NCBI RefSeq assembly: GCF_006345805.1
Contig: NC_042997.1
Coordinates: 9,238,001 to 9,302,000 of the forward strand
Direction: 5' to 3'
Length of the DNA: 64,000 nucleotides
DNA from: Octopus sinensis
Taxonomy: Eukaryota
Shown here: in pieces, positions 1-13,189 of the stretch
Layout: each line of letters opens with the position of its first letter
How positions within the stretch are numbered: position 1 is the first letter of the stretch
Notes under the pieces: generated by a model
What the model was told of the DNA's origin: nothing
Seen by the model: only the letters and a program-made list of their open reading frames with translations
The model's database searches: none
Translations under genes and position numbers: made by a program

Positions 1-1970
1 AAAAAGACTGGCTGGAGACAACTGAAACGTCTTTGGCTATACGTTTGCTAAATTAGCATTGACCTGGGGAGTAAGCAATAACTGCAACTAACTACTTTAG
101 TGAAGCTAATTATATTTAGACATGGCATATCTAAGCATTTCCTGAAATACTTTGATAAAAGACAGTCTTGAATTCAATAATAACATTTGCAGATCTATAT
201 CAGCCTAATAGAAAAAAGGGTCAATGAGGCATAAAGCAGAAGTTATTTTCAGAAAAGCAGGTGTAGCACAATTTTTAGTAAAGCAACATAATTTTAAAGA
301 TGTGTCTTTTGAAAGGTTTCAATGGCTATCTTTAATCAAAAGATTTCTATTTTGCTATTAATATGTCTTTGAAAAATTCATGAAAATTTCTTGTTAAGCT
401 GTGATGAAGTAGTTAAAAGGAGAAACTAGTAATCTTTTTCTTCAGATGTTGTGTGTTTGAATTATTGCAGGTGTTTCAAGGTAATTACATTTAGGACTCC
501 ATATTCTATAACTTTATCTAGACGTGAGAAATACACATTTGTGTCATCCTGGAAAGGGACATTCAGTCCACTAGAATTCTATTACAATTGATATTTTCTT
601 CTTATTTACTTGACTATATAAATAGGCTTGAGTACAACTCTGTGAAAACTGGCAATTTATAAAAGTATCAACTTATGTTGCTAATGTCTATGTAAAAAAG
701 AAAAGAAAAACACTGAGGCTGCATAATCTCATTTGTGCTCTGTCTGTTTTCCATAATAAGGAATAACTTCTAGAATTTTTGTTTTTAGTTTGGTGATAAA
801 ATGCATCAACTTTCACTTTGATGAACTATCTCTTCTAATTTTAACCAATCCATATAATTTGTCAACATTGTTGCTATATGTAGCATGGGTTGCTTAGGAC
901 TGTAGTAGAATATGTTTTCCTTGTCATGAGCTTGTTTTTATCTATTATACAAGACTCAACAATTTGAGATCTGTCTTCAAAATTCTTTTTGTGACTTCCT
1001 TGTCATTCTTAGCATATCAACATATGTTTCTGCTCAGCCTTATATGTAAACTACTGTTTTACTCCTAGCAGACCATATTCAATTTATCCCTTGCAAATTT
1101 ATCTCACAGTAGGTCTCATCCATGCTTTATTACCAAATAGCATTGTGCTCCTTATACAAATTCATATACTCACTTTTTGTACTGAGAGAAAATGTTGCAG
1201 CTGATCTAAATACTTTGCGAATTTATAACTTGGCTTTTTCAAAAACAGGATGTTCTTGAAAAATAGAATGTAAATAATAAAGAACTGGTTGGTGTTGATG
1301 TAAGATTTGATCATAAACATAAAAATTACTTACATAACCATAAACCAATCTATTTTCTTTGACAGACCTCATAATTAACTTCAGAAAATTTTGTCTTATA
1401 CAGAAATAAAGGAAAAACTTTTGTTAAAATGTTTTCAAATTAGTGACTGGATTAGTTTTCAATGTGAAAAGACATATTTTGAATACTGTCATTTGTCAAT
1501 ATGAATCAAGTGAATAAAGATTGCTTATGAACAATTCAAACATCAGTCTGAAAAATGTCTTCTTTTAGAGAAGAGAATAAATTTTCATCAATGCAATTTT
1601 CATCAATTTCTATTTGTTATTGTGTATGTCTATTAAAAGTTATTAAAATATCAAAATATCAGTTATTTCTTTTTATTCTTGTTGAGAAACTATAAAAATA
1701 ATAATGATTAAATTCAAATACATAATCAGCAAGTTTTGGTTATTATGTGATATTTTAAAGTACTGTGTTTATTGTTGTGTAATTACCTTGTCACATGTTT
1801 ATTGTTATGTAACCAGCTTGTCAGGAAGACACCTTGTCACAATTTTGGCTATAAATTTTTGTGTAGCAGTTAAGCAATCCAGGAGCACTAGGTAAGATAG
1901 AAATGACTAATAAGAAAAGAATTTAAGTAAGCCGAGAAATAGCCAAATTAAGCTTTTAACTTATTCAAAT

Positions 1971-2390
1971 AAAATCTTATTACTGCCATTTTATATATAA
2001 CTTGCTCTGATGAGACAGTTTTAGATACAAATGGCAACTGTTTCAAATACATTTTTTCCTGAAATTTCCTACTTTAACTGATGAAAAACTGAAATCTGTA
2101 AACTTTAATGGCTTTCAGATTAGTCAACATATATACAATGAAAATAGTTAAAAGGAATGCATTAAGTGGATTTGCCTCAAACTTCTTGCACAATATTAAA
2201 TCTAAGAATTACACAGACGTTATGAAAATTTTGATCATTGTTATTCAAGCTCAATGCTGCAATATAACATCAAACATCCATTTCATATATAGTTATTTAG
2301 AGCATTCTCCACAAATTGTTGATGGAGTGAGGGAATGGAGGGAAGGAGAATATACGACATTAAGCAGGAAATGAATTTAATAAAAAATAT
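1971..2390 (+). mobile_element. Degenerate cut-and-paste transposase fragment, probably Chapaev3/CMC-like
   Basis: Frameshifted translation: KILLLPFYI*LALMRQF, LDTNGNCFKYIF, KFPTLTDEKLKSVNFNGFQI, NFLHNIKSKNY...CNITSNIHFIYSYLEHSP. This is colinear with the remembered motif series KILLPPLHIKLGLMKQF / FPxLSxEKLKxGIFxGPQI / NFLGNxxxxNY / CNMSLKIHFLHSHLDFFP. Superfamily name from memory. Confidence 0.6.
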
Positions 2391-4279
2391 TTTAAGAGAA
2401 ATGTAACACTAAGTTGACATCCAATCCTTATGATGGCTTCATAACCATATTTTATCTAGAAGAAAAATTGGTCCTAAAACACTTGACTGATTTTCCACTA
2501 AAACAAGAATCTCCATTGAGTTCTTGGATGATGAGGCATATATTGAATACATCAACTTAATAGAAGTGTCCAGGTGAGGAGTGATTTGAAACTGTTTCTA
2601 AAATCCATATACAAAAATTCAGTATTAGTATTGTATTTTATGGATTAAGCTTGTGTATAGATCATCCACATTCTCCTTCTTGATATAAAACATGTTCTGC
2701 TACAATTGAAAACACATAAAAAATGAATTTATCAATGAATCTTTATGATAACCTGTGGACAAGGGCCCAATGAACTGTGTTTTTTGACTCAAAAAGAAAA
2801 CAGGTGATAAAAAGTGAGTTGTACATTTTGAAACATGATGCATGCTTATACGTAATGATTAAGATGTGCAGTTTGTACATACAACTAAGTACATCTCACT
2901 ATGTTAAATATAGACACTGATTATGTTATTCATATATGCAACGTATGGTATCACACCATTCTAGGTTGTTTCTATTTCGCCTCAGATTGGCTCTGCTCAA
3001 GTTTACATTGGATCAAATGCATTATAGTAATGACCATCCCATACTTTTGTATATATAAGTCAACATACAGTTGTGTGCCTCATTCTTTGATGCTGGTAGG
3101 ATATGCTCTGAGGGAAATTTTCCAGTTTTTCCTAATGGGTTGAGCAACCATGCTCAAATTCCTTCATTGGCCCCATAATATTACACCTACGTGAAAAAGA
3201 TGCACTAAATATTTATTGACTCACCCAATTTTGAAATCAATATCAGTTGTCTTTATGACTGATACTGTTTGGTTAATTCTATTGACATTAAGCTTTTGAT
3301 ATTCATTCCTTCTTTGATATTAGAAGTATAAACAAAAAGAAATATTTACACATTTTAGAATCAAATTAGAAATTAAACCAGCCTTGTTCTTACCTCTTAC
3401 TCTTCAAGCCTGACAACTTATTTTATTTAATCATAATTTTCATTACAATTCAGTACAAAGTGGAGAAGCAGCATCCATGGGTATGGCAACTAAAGTAAAG
3501 ACTATTACAATAAAATGTCAAATCCTTCTTCCCCAGAACTTCCCTCTGTAATCATCCCCAGCTTATGTCTTTCTTGTTAAGTGTTGACCTGTGATAACTT
3601 AAACAGAACATTAATGACATCAAGCTCATTGGTCTTGCAGGGTTTACAAAGGTCATGATTACTGTCTCTTTTAACAGACTTAGCAAGGAGGTTGTTGGTT
3701 TTTAGCATCAAATCACCTTTCATTGAGCAGATGGATCAAAAGCATTCCAGCTGTGACTATCACACTGATTTTCTTCTGGCATGGTATGATGGTGGTTGGA
3801 GGAAATTTGGTTACTATTTCTAATTATGTGATTGACCATGTAAAAGCTCTCTCATCAGCTTCATGTTTACTTCAGGGTCAGTTCAATTAATTATAACCCT
3901 CTTCTAGTAATTACTACAGGAATCTGTAGAAGAGGGATGTAAGCAAGAAATACATTCAATTACATTTGCAGAGCAGAGTGAGATAGAATTGTTATAAGTG
4001 CCAGGCAAAATACATCTATGATGTAAGTCAGAGCCATTTTCCCATCATTTAGCTACAGTCAACAACAGATATTAGTCAACGGGCATGTCTTCACATGACT
4101 CAATGCACAAATTTGAAGATTTTGGTAATCAACCAACAATTCATTAATTGTAACACAATATTTTCATATAATATTTTCCTCAAGAAATAGTGTTTTATTG
4201 TAGTCTTGGATTTACCAGTTCAATGCAAATAGAATTTTGCTGATAGAAATTTCATGAGAGCCTTTCACACACACACACA

Positions 4280-4282
<3 letters not shown>

Positions 4283-4338
<56 letters not shown>
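4283..4338. repeat. (TA)n microsatellite
   Basis: Perfect TA run; source of YIYI ORFs. Similar TA/CA tracts occur near 4650-4730, 5600-6030, 6400-6540, 13060-13190 and elsewhere. Confidence 0.95.
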
Positions 4339-4342
<4 letters not shown>

Positions 4343-4650
4343 GTGGCACGTAAAAAGCACCATCCGATCGTGGCTGTTGCCAGCCTTGCCTGGCCCCCGT
4401 GCTGGTGGCACATAAAAAGCACCATCCGATCGTGGCCGTTTGCCAGCCTCGTCTGGCACCTGTGCCAGTGGCATGTAAAAAGCACCCACTACACTCACGG
4501 AGTGGTTGGCTTAAGGAAGGGCATCCAGCCGTAGAAACATTGCCAGATCAGACTGGGCCTGGTGTAGCCTTCTGGCTTCCCAGACCCCAGTTGAACCCTC
4601 CAACCCATGCTAGAATGGAAAGTGGATGCTAAACGATGATGATGATGATG
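4338..4650 (+). mobile_element. 5'-truncated RTE-LINE 3' end module with (GAT)n tail
   Basis: Tandem GTGCCGGTGGCACGTAAAAAGCACC modules, GGAAGGGCATCCAGCCGTAGAAAC motif, ends ATGGAAAGTGGATGCTAAACGATGATGAT. The same sequence follows the RTE ORF at 43765-44003. Confidence 0.75.
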
Positions 4651-4710
<60 letters not shown>

Positions 4711-5431
4711 TATATATACATATATATATATTCAATGACTTTTCTTGTATAAAACTCAAATGATTTTATGCATGATCTGAATTTTGGATAAATACCGAGC
4801 AGCAAAATAGAACTGTTCTTAGTTTTAGGGTTTCTACTTTTACATAAACCAGAAGTGTGTTATTTAAAAGAGATTCGGTTGCTATTTCTAGCATGTTTAT
4901 TGACCTTATCAATCCACCCTATTTGGCTAAAATACGTATTATATATCATCACATATGGGTAGTGGTGCCAGAAGTAATGGTGTTGATTATGATGATGCTT
5001 ATTATTATGCTTTACAAGTTCAGGGATATACATATCATTATTACAGTGCATAGATACACCTATATGTTAGGTTAGATTATCTTGTGAAGGAGACTTTCAC
5101 TCTACTGTATCATGCTTCACTGCATACAAAGTCTTTTCTATGTCCTCTGTATAAGTTTACAAGTAGTTTAATATATTTTTCGCTATTGACCAGCCAGTGG
5201 AAAAATAGTAACAAGGACAACTCATACTATACTTGACTGTAATAACTGCTACAATAAGTGCTAACTCAAGCCAATAAAAGCAATGCTGAATGAAGATTTA
5301 TGGTACTAAATGACTAAATGAAAATAGTGGCAACAATAATACAATGGGATATGCATCAATAATGCAGAATTGCATTTGCAGCTTCAAAAATATTCCATAA
5401 TATATAGAGATGGACACAAAGATGGACAAAT

Positions 5432-5605
5432 GGTGCAGGCATGGCTGTAATACTTACGAAGTTTGATTTGCAGTGTTGTGGTTCTGGGTTTGATAATGCT
5501 GCATGGTTCCTCAGGAAAGTGTTTTACTGTAGTCTTGGATTTACCAGATCAATGTGAATAGAATTTTGTTGATAGAAATTTCATGAGAGCCTTTCACACA
5601 CACAC
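5432..5605 (+). mobile_element. Decayed CORE-like SINE 5' half; its 3' part is duplicated at 4190-4280
   Basis: Similar to the SINE head at 17922. 4190-4280 and 5519-5605 share the same idiosyncratic variants. Confidence 0.55.
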
Positions 5606-5673
5606 GTGTGCACACACTTATATATATATATATGTATGTATATATATATATATATATATAATATATATATATA

Positions 5674-5712
<39 letters not shown>

Positions 5713-6174
5713 ATATATACATATATACACACACACACACATATATATATATTTGTATTTGTGTGTTAATGTGTGACTAAGTATATGTATGTATATGTGT
5801 GTATATATATATACTATATATCATACATTATATATATTTATATGTATATATATATAAATATATATGTATGTATTATATATTATTATATATGTAGTAGCAT
5901 GTGTGTGTATGCATATATATATATACATTTATATATATATGTGTGTGTGTGTGCATGTGTATGCATATATATATACATATATTTACATATATATATATAT
6001 ATCACTATATATATGCATTTGTATATACAGATTAGGAAGGGCTTCCAGCCATAGTACCCAGATCAAAGCTGGATACTGGAACTCAGCACAACACAGCAGC
6101 ACTTCAGATCCTGTTAAACCATCCAACCCATGCCAACATAGATTACAGACATCAAATGATAATGATTTTATATG

Positions 6175-6390
6175 CGTGTGTGTGTGTGTTTGTATGTGTG
6201 TTTGTGTGTCTGTGTTTGTCTCCCCCACCATAGATTGACAACTGATGTTGGTGTGTTTACATCGCCATAACTTAGCGGTTCAGCAAAAGATACCAATAGA
6301 ATAAGTACTAGGATCAATTTGTTCAACTAAAGGTAGTGCCCCAGCACGGCCACAGTCAAATGACTGAAATAAATAAAAGAATAAAAGAAT
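6175..6390 (+). mobile_element. CORE-like SINE, 3' half
   Basis: GTGTTTGTC..CCC..CA...TTGACAAC...GAATAAGTACTAGG...ACAGTCAAATGACTGAAA tail shared with the full copies at 17922 and 33487. Confidence 0.75.
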
Positions 6391-6427
6391 ATATGTGTAT
6401 ATATATATATATATGTGTGTGTGTATG

Positions 6428-6532
<105 letters not shown>

Positions 6533-6634
6533 GTATGTATGTATACCGATGCCAGTAAGGAAGATGGATGTTAAATGATGATTATGATCATGATGATCAT
6601 GGTGTTATACATATATATATATTTATATATATAT

Positions 6635-7014
6635 ACTAGCAGTATCGCCCGGCGTTGCTCAGGTTTGTAAGGGAAATAACTATAAAGCATTTTTAGAGAG
6701 TTATAGCCAAAAAATAGCAAAAAAATGGTAAAAAAATGATGGTAAATTTTTTTTGAAAGTTAAAAAAGGTGGAGTTGCGTCCCCTAGACGGTCTGTGGTT
6801 TGGGTTTCTAATTCTCGACCCCATGTCGAATTTATCGATTTTTTTCAGAACTGGGGAACTTTTCAAAATTTTCGCTGCGTTAGTTTTGAATTATGACATT
6901 GGGCTATGTGTGTGTCAAGTTTCATCAGAATCGGTTGAAAGCCGTGGTCAGGGTGAGGGTACGAGAAAACAGACACACAGAAACACACACAGACAAACTG
7001 CCGTTTATATAGAT
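6635..7014 (+). mobile_element. Non-autonomous Helitron/Helentron-type element inserted in (TA)n
   Basis: Starts ACTAGC..TCGCCCGGCGTTGCTC. 3' part is AAGTTTCATCAGAATCGGTTGAAAGCCGTG, then ACAGACACACAG repeats and TTTATATAGAT. This is the layout of Lep1/DINE-like rolling-circle derivatives; flanked by TA runs. Confidence 0.6.
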
Positions 7015-7023
7015 ATATATATA

Positions 7024-7054
<31 letters not shown>

Positions 7055-7769
7055 CTTGTTATGAGTTTGTGTTTCACTGTTGTGTTCTATATTGGCATAA
7101 GATGTAAAGATTGGTGAGAAAACCAGAAAAATGGTGTTTATGAATTAAAAAAATATATATAGTGTTGTATTTGTTCCACCTGAGTTGCACAGACACTCCC
7201 CCCGTCTGAAATGGTTTATTAAACACCTGTAACCAACAACATTATTATTCACTGAATGTGCTACAAAATAAATTTGAAAATAGATTACTTGGTCTGGTTA
7301 GTAAAATAAAGACTTTGAAGTACAGCAATACGGAAACATCATCAATAACGTAACATGCTAGAAATGGTAGCCAAATATCCCTTGAATGACTCATTGTGTT
7401 CTTAAAACAGGAAAGATATATTGAAAACTATAGTTCTAAATATACAGCAGGGCTGAATGGTCGTGGATGAGATGTGTTACCTGTTTGATTATGGCTGACT
7501 TGACACTAAACGTTAACAACGACAAGACCACAAATTTTGGAAGTCAATTAGATCAGTACAGTACTGTTCTGATATTTCATTTTATAGTCACAGACATGGC
7601 TCTGACAGCTGACTGTGTGGTAAGAAGTTTGCTTCATAATCACATGGTTCCAAGTTCAGTCCCACTGAAGCACTGAAGCACACCTTAGGTAAGCTTGGGT
7701 AAGTGTCTACTTTTACTACAGACATATGTGTATATTTGTATATATAAGTGTCTATATATATATATATAA

Positions 7770-8130
7770 TAAAATACAAAATGGGACAAGAACTCAAAAT
7801 GGGACAACAAAACATCTAGATAGACGATACAAAATAGATCATGGACGGGTCATTCGAAGCCTTTTATCTTCAGTCATGAACCTGACCATCCTCGCAATTT
7901 CAGCTGATTAATCTTGAGATTGCTCCAATCTGGCCAGCCCCAAGGAAAAACTAAGCTAAGAGCATCAGATTCCTTGGAAAAAAGCAACGAATGTATATGA
8001 AACAAGGACGGAAAAACAGACGATGTTATACGAATATAAATACAAAATACAATAAAAAAAACAATAAAAATAATAATAATAACAGGACATAACAACAGGT
8101 GTCTTTCGACTGGGAATGAACATATATATA
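7770..8130 (-). repeat. Unclassified repeat between (TA)n tracts, possibly PLE-derived
   Basis: More complex block bounded by TA runs. The minus strand has CTGAAGA...CGAATGACCCGTC, an HHR-like but non-canonical motif. Confidence 0.3.
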
Positions 8131-8235
8131 TATATATGTTTGTGTTTCCTTGCCTTGACATCACATGCTAGTTGTAAATGATTGTCACTGTCATAAAAGC
8201 AGCATCATTCATTTCCAATATTCTGTGAGAATAGG

Positions 8236-8405
8236 GCAGTGAGCTGGCAGAGACGTTAGCATGCTGGGCGAAATGCTTAGCAGTATTTCATCTGTTTTTA
8301 CATTCCAAGTTCAAATTCCGTTGAGGTCGACTTTGCCTTCATCCTTTCAGAGTTGATAAATTAAGTACCAGTTGCATACTGGGGTTCATCTAATCGATTG
8401 CCCAC
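8236..8405 (+). mobile_element. tRNA-headed SINE with Meta-like central domain (partial)
   Basis: GAGCTGGCAGA.ACGTTAGCA head, GTTCAAATTCC B box, GAGGTCGACTTTGCCTTCATCCTTTC..GTTGATAAATTAAGTACC. Confidence 0.75.
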
Positions 8406-8689
8406 TCACCACTCTCTATCCCTCACTCCTCCTCCCTTGCTTACCTGGCTCCCACGTGACCATCGGCCATCTTTCTTTTTTTCTCTCCGTTGTAACTGGA
8501 ACAAGGAAGATGTGTTTTTATTTGTCTCCTGTCCAAGCTTGATTTATGTGCTCACCACCACAACCGCATTTAGGCTTAGTATCCCTTCCTGTTTGTTTTC
8601 ACTGTCTTGTTTGTGTTACCAATTTTGACCCCTTGTTTTTTTTGTGTTTTTTCTTCGTTTTGGGGGATTTACTATATATATATATATAT

Positions 8690-8840
8690 ATATACATACA
8701 CAACAGCTTTCTTTCAGTTTCTGTCTACCAAATCCACTCACCCATGCTACAGTAGAAGACATTGCCCAACATGACATGCAGTGGGATTGAACCTAGAACC
8801 ATGTGGTTAGGAAAGGAAACTTCTTACCACACAGCCATGC
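8690..8840 (-). mobile_element. CORE-like SINE head fragment
   Basis: Reverse complement of the 17922 SINE head. Confidence 0.7.
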
Positions 8841-8971
8841 CTGCCCCATGGGGAAAGATTTCCTTTCTTTGAGACAAGTGAAGGATGGCAACAGAAAGGA
8901 TATCCAGCCACAGAAAATCTGACATAATGAACTTCATCTGATCCATAAGAGGATGGATAAGTGAATGTTAA

Positions 8972-9026
<55 letters not shown>

Positions 9027-10799
9027 CGACGACGACAATGATGATGATGATGATGATAACTTTTAACCAAACAGCCCTAGCATAGGATGGCCACAGCTGG
9101 AATGTGTTTATCTCTCTGCTTGACTGAGGTTGACACAGGGCTAAACATCAACAGCAACACCAAACAATGTTAAAAATAGAAGGAAAATATTTATGAATAT
9201 ATTGAAGAAGATAGCATCTTTCATCTTTTACTTTCCTGAAAATATCATCTCATTTTGATTTTCTCTCTCACTCTGTTCCACTCTCATTCCTTCACCTTCT
9301 CTCTCTTTCTCTCGTTTTCTCTCACTTCCTCTCCTCCATTTGTTTGCCTCTTTCTCCTTCCTCCCGTCTCTCTCTTAAGATACAGACATATACATAGTGT
9401 GTACTCTGAGATTGAAATGTTTATTTCATTTGTTCAACTATTCCAATATTATGAAATTGTCTGAGATAGAATACCTTGGAGAAATATTTTTTTTATATGT
9501 CTATGCAACAGAGTTTATTGCTTGCTTCATTATTAATACAGGTAACATTTAGAACTAATTTTTAAATTATATTTTCTTGGACAAAATCTCTCTCGGGTTA
9601 TGAATTTTCTCTTTCATTTTTGGCCTTTTATTAACTATTATCTTCTTCATCTTCTGCATTCTGATTCTATCAAATACTTTTAATTAATTATTTCTTCTGC
9701 TAAACTTTTTAGGTAGACCTCAAAATTCTAACCTCTTAAATAAAAGTAATGTTAATTGATTAATTTACTTGATATTGAATTTATTATTGATTACTTTTGT
9801 TTTCCAATACATGTGAAATCCCTAAATATTTTAAATCAGACCTTCAAATTTCATTGCGAAGGATGAAGAAGTCATTCAAAAGAGTAACTGTACCTCATAG
9901 GGAAATTAAGAGGTCCTACTTTGATGACTGCCTGTGATTTTCCGGTATAGAAAAATGTCAGTAACTGTAGAAAGGTTTCGATAATGAAATCATTATGGTT
10001 CTTAGTCCCTTTTCATGTAATCCAAAACATATTTGACTTTCTACTTGATGCTTAGGATCCACATGTTGTGATATCGTGCTAGCTTTAGAGATCAGTATAC
10101 AGACCAAATTAGCTTCTAATAACATTTGGTTACATTTCTATGTTTGGAAGTCAAACCCTGCTTGACCAACTTTGAGTTTCATTTGTCTGAAATTGATAAC
10201 AGATGAAGTAAATACTTGGACGATGTAATCAACTATTTAAACTTTTCAAGTACAAATTATAATAAACTCAAGCAAATTAAAACAATTTTGGAGCAAATGA
10301 AAATATTTTTTCCAAGTAATGTTATCAACCCATATTTTTCAAGTCTTTGTTTAATGAGTGATGAATTAATTTAATTTTGTTTGAAAAATATCAAAATATA
10401 ATTCATGAATTTATGTGAGTTATCTGTTTTAGAAATACAATGCTATTTTTAGTGTAAACAGTCTTGTTTCAATGAAGTTATTCTCCTTTCAAGATAACTT
10501 GTTATAATGTGTATCCCATATGTCTGGGGCTCTATGTTGAATGCAAATTTTCACAAAAGTTTTTTGATGTTCATGGGGACCTTCATTTAACCACTCAATA
10601 GTCCACGTAATATATTCATATTCTATTTAGGAAAAACCATCTTGTCACAAACACAACTCTAGTGTTAATGTGATGCATAATCTCTACATACTCAGTGATA
10701 TGCTACTATCCTCTTAACACCATGTGCAGCAGCAAAGGGTTCTCATTCTTCTTGCTCAGGGTCAGACAGGACAGTACACACAAGTGCAGATTTCATATA

Positions 10800-11300
10800 T
10801 AATAATAATAATAAAATTAATGTATACAGAGCTCAGGTGCACCACAACTTGTCAAAACTGAGTATAAAGAATATGCAGTAATGTACAAATGTCTGGGAAG
10901 TGAACAGTGAATGAGTCAGATACATGCTTGCTTATGTATGGAGGGGAGAAAATAAGGTGTAGTGTTGGCAAATCTCAGGAAGCATGGACGTTTTGAAGGA
11001 TGCAGTGCTCTGACAACTAACAACTGATGCTGGCAGTTTGTTCCATGCTTCAGCAGTTCTTAGCATGAAAAAATGTTTCCAAAAGTCAGGGGAGCTGTGC
11101 TGCTTTCTGACTTTGTAAACATGTCCACGGGTGTTAGACAGGTGGAGTTTGAAAAGGTGCTCAGAGTTATTGTTTGTAAGATAGTTAATAATTTTGTGGG
11201 TGTCTGCCTAGTCACCTGCTAGACATTGGAGTTTCAATGTATCCATGCCCAGGGAAGTTAGGTATTCAGTAAGGCACCCCTACTTGCTTCACTGTTGACA
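10800..11300 (-). mobile_element. CR1-type LINE 3' end relic
   Basis: Minus strand translates ...HKIINYLTNNNSEHLFKLHLSNTRGHVYKVRKQHSSPDFWKHFFMLRTAEAWNKLPASVVSCQSTASFKTSML, the typical CR1 RT C-terminus (TRGH..., FF..R....WN.LP). (TTA)n tail at 10800. Confidence 0.75.
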
Positions 11301-12212
11301 CCTTCACAAATATCAGAATTTGTAGTTGAAGACAAACTACCATTGCTTTAAGTCTGAATTTCGTCATCACTAAGAATATGCAGTATTATAGATCTACTAC
11401 AAATGATATAAATAAATTACTTGTGCCAGAAGCAATATTAACACCAAAAAGTAATCTTTATATCCTTTATATATGGATGTCTTTTTAGAACACTGAATAC
11501 TGCAATATTATCCTTGAGAGATCCTCTCATTAATTTGCTTGGGACATAAAAGCTCACATATAGACCATAGCAAAATTCATCCGTCGTGGGTGCCAGAATT
11601 CCAATATCACATGATTTCAGTCTGTTGAATCTCTTCTGTGGGAAGCACCAGTCACCTTATGACAGTCAGATCTCACTGATATGATATATAGAATTTCAGC
11701 ATTTTTTTTAGACATTTATGTCACAAATAGTCAGCAAGCTTATTAAAACTTAATTATTAGTGATGGATGCAGTATTAATACCAAAAGATAATCTTTATAT
11801 CCAACTTAACATGGTACTTGTATATATAATAATAATAATAATATTAGGGAGTATAGCTCCAAACTTACAGGGAAAAATTCAATTTAGTATTAAATCAAAT
11901 TTCACAATATAAATATATAATATATAAATTAGAGAAAAAACACTATTATGCAATTTAAACAATGATAGACATAAATTACTTTATGCATTTGAAATTCATC
12001 ACAGAAAGTTTTGCCTATTTTCCATCAATGAGTAGGTCTATCATTGTTTGAATTGCATAATATATATATATATATAGATCAATAAATGGTGGGGTTGTGT
12101 TGACCGCACGTGGAGAAATGATAAGCAAGGAAAAATTGTAAAAATGCAGAATGCTCGATTGAAAGAAAATTTTAATGAAATGAGAAAATGAAAAATTATA
12201 TAAATATATATT

Positions 12213-12474
12213 TATTCATACCGGTTTTCGTCATAGTTTGACTTATTAAGAATAGTTAGGTGAAAAGGTTTTTTAAAAATGAGAAAGGGGAAAAAAAGTT
12301 GCATTGTTTTTTGCAAAAGAATAATAATAAATATGTATAAAAATTAAAAATAAGTACTCGATACATTGTGAGTTCGTTGTGTATCTTGAGTTTAATGATT
12401 GTTCACGAAAAAATTACCTTGAGGTATTAGGATCCAATGGGATTAAGGCCATGTGTTGTTTGGTTTAATTTAGG
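12213..12474 (-). mobile_element. 3' end of a Penelope-like element (GIY-YIG C-terminus plus decayed HHR)
   Basis: 12474-12427 reads PKLNQTTHGLNPIGS* (the xxGLN end of PLE endonucleases). About 170 nt downstream on the same strand: GTCA-aacta-TGAC hairpin, GAAA, palindromic ACCGGT, A, TGAATA; CUGANGA decayed to TTAATAA. Confidence 0.5.
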
Positions 12475-12498
12475 ATGTTTTAATATATATATATATTC

Positions 12499-12531
<33 letters not shown>

Positions 12532-12663
12532 TTATATCAAATTAGAGACAAAACCACTATTAGGCAAATCATAAAATGAAAAACTTAAGCCAATACATAA
12601 GATTATTTAATTTATATTATTTAAATATATAACAAAATTATTTAAAAAATGTAATTAATATAT

Positions 12664-12727
12664 CACTACGATCGTTTCATGGCTGTTAATTTCTTTAAAT
12701 TTTCGAGTTACAGTCATTCATCAGGTG
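12664..12727 (-). ncRNA. Type I hammerhead ribozyme (mirror copy)
   Basis: Exact reverse complement of 12782-12845. Confidence 0.75.
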
Positions 12728-12781
12728 GTTTAAATATTTATCTTGGAGAGCTTTAAACCTCGCCAAGATAAATATTTAAAC

Positions 12782-12845
12782 CACCTGATGAATGACTGTA
12801 ACTCGAAAATTTAAAGAAATTAACAGCCATGAAACGATCGTAGTG
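12782..12845 (+). ncRNA. Type I hammerhead ribozyme
   Basis: Stem I CAC/GTG; core CTGATGA 12785-12791; stem II ATG.CTGT/ACAG.CAT; GAAA 12831-12834; palindromic stem III ACGATCGT; GUA cleavage triplet (after A12842). Confidence 0.75.
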
Positions 12846-13057
12846 ATATATTAATTATATTTTTTTAATAATTTTGTTATATATTTAAATAATATAAATT
12901 AAATAATCTTATGTATTGGCTTACGTTTTTCATTGTATGATTTACCTAATAGTGGTTTCGTCTCTAATTTAATATAATATAATATTTTACTATAAAATTG
13001 GATTCAATCCTAAATCTGATTTTTCCCTGTAAGTTTGGATTTATTCCCTAATATTTA

Positions 13058-13189
<132 letters not shown>

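Larger units (their letters stand above)
12529..12980. repeat. Spacer-less ~450 bp palindrome
   Basis: Axis at 12754/12755. Arms colinear without indels; about 9 mismatches in ~225 bp counted by eye; perfect over 12652-12746. Confidence 0.95.

Noticed and set aside
2007-2050. CTGATGA followed by a GACAGTT/AACTGTT hairpin
   Set aside because: No GAAA or stem III, and it lies within the transposase relic reading frame.
7836-7880. Minus-strand CTGAAGA...CGAATGACCCGTC-CATGA as a hammerhead
   Set aside because: GAAT instead of GAAA, no stem II, and stem I is out of register by 1 nt; kept only as an unclassified repeat.
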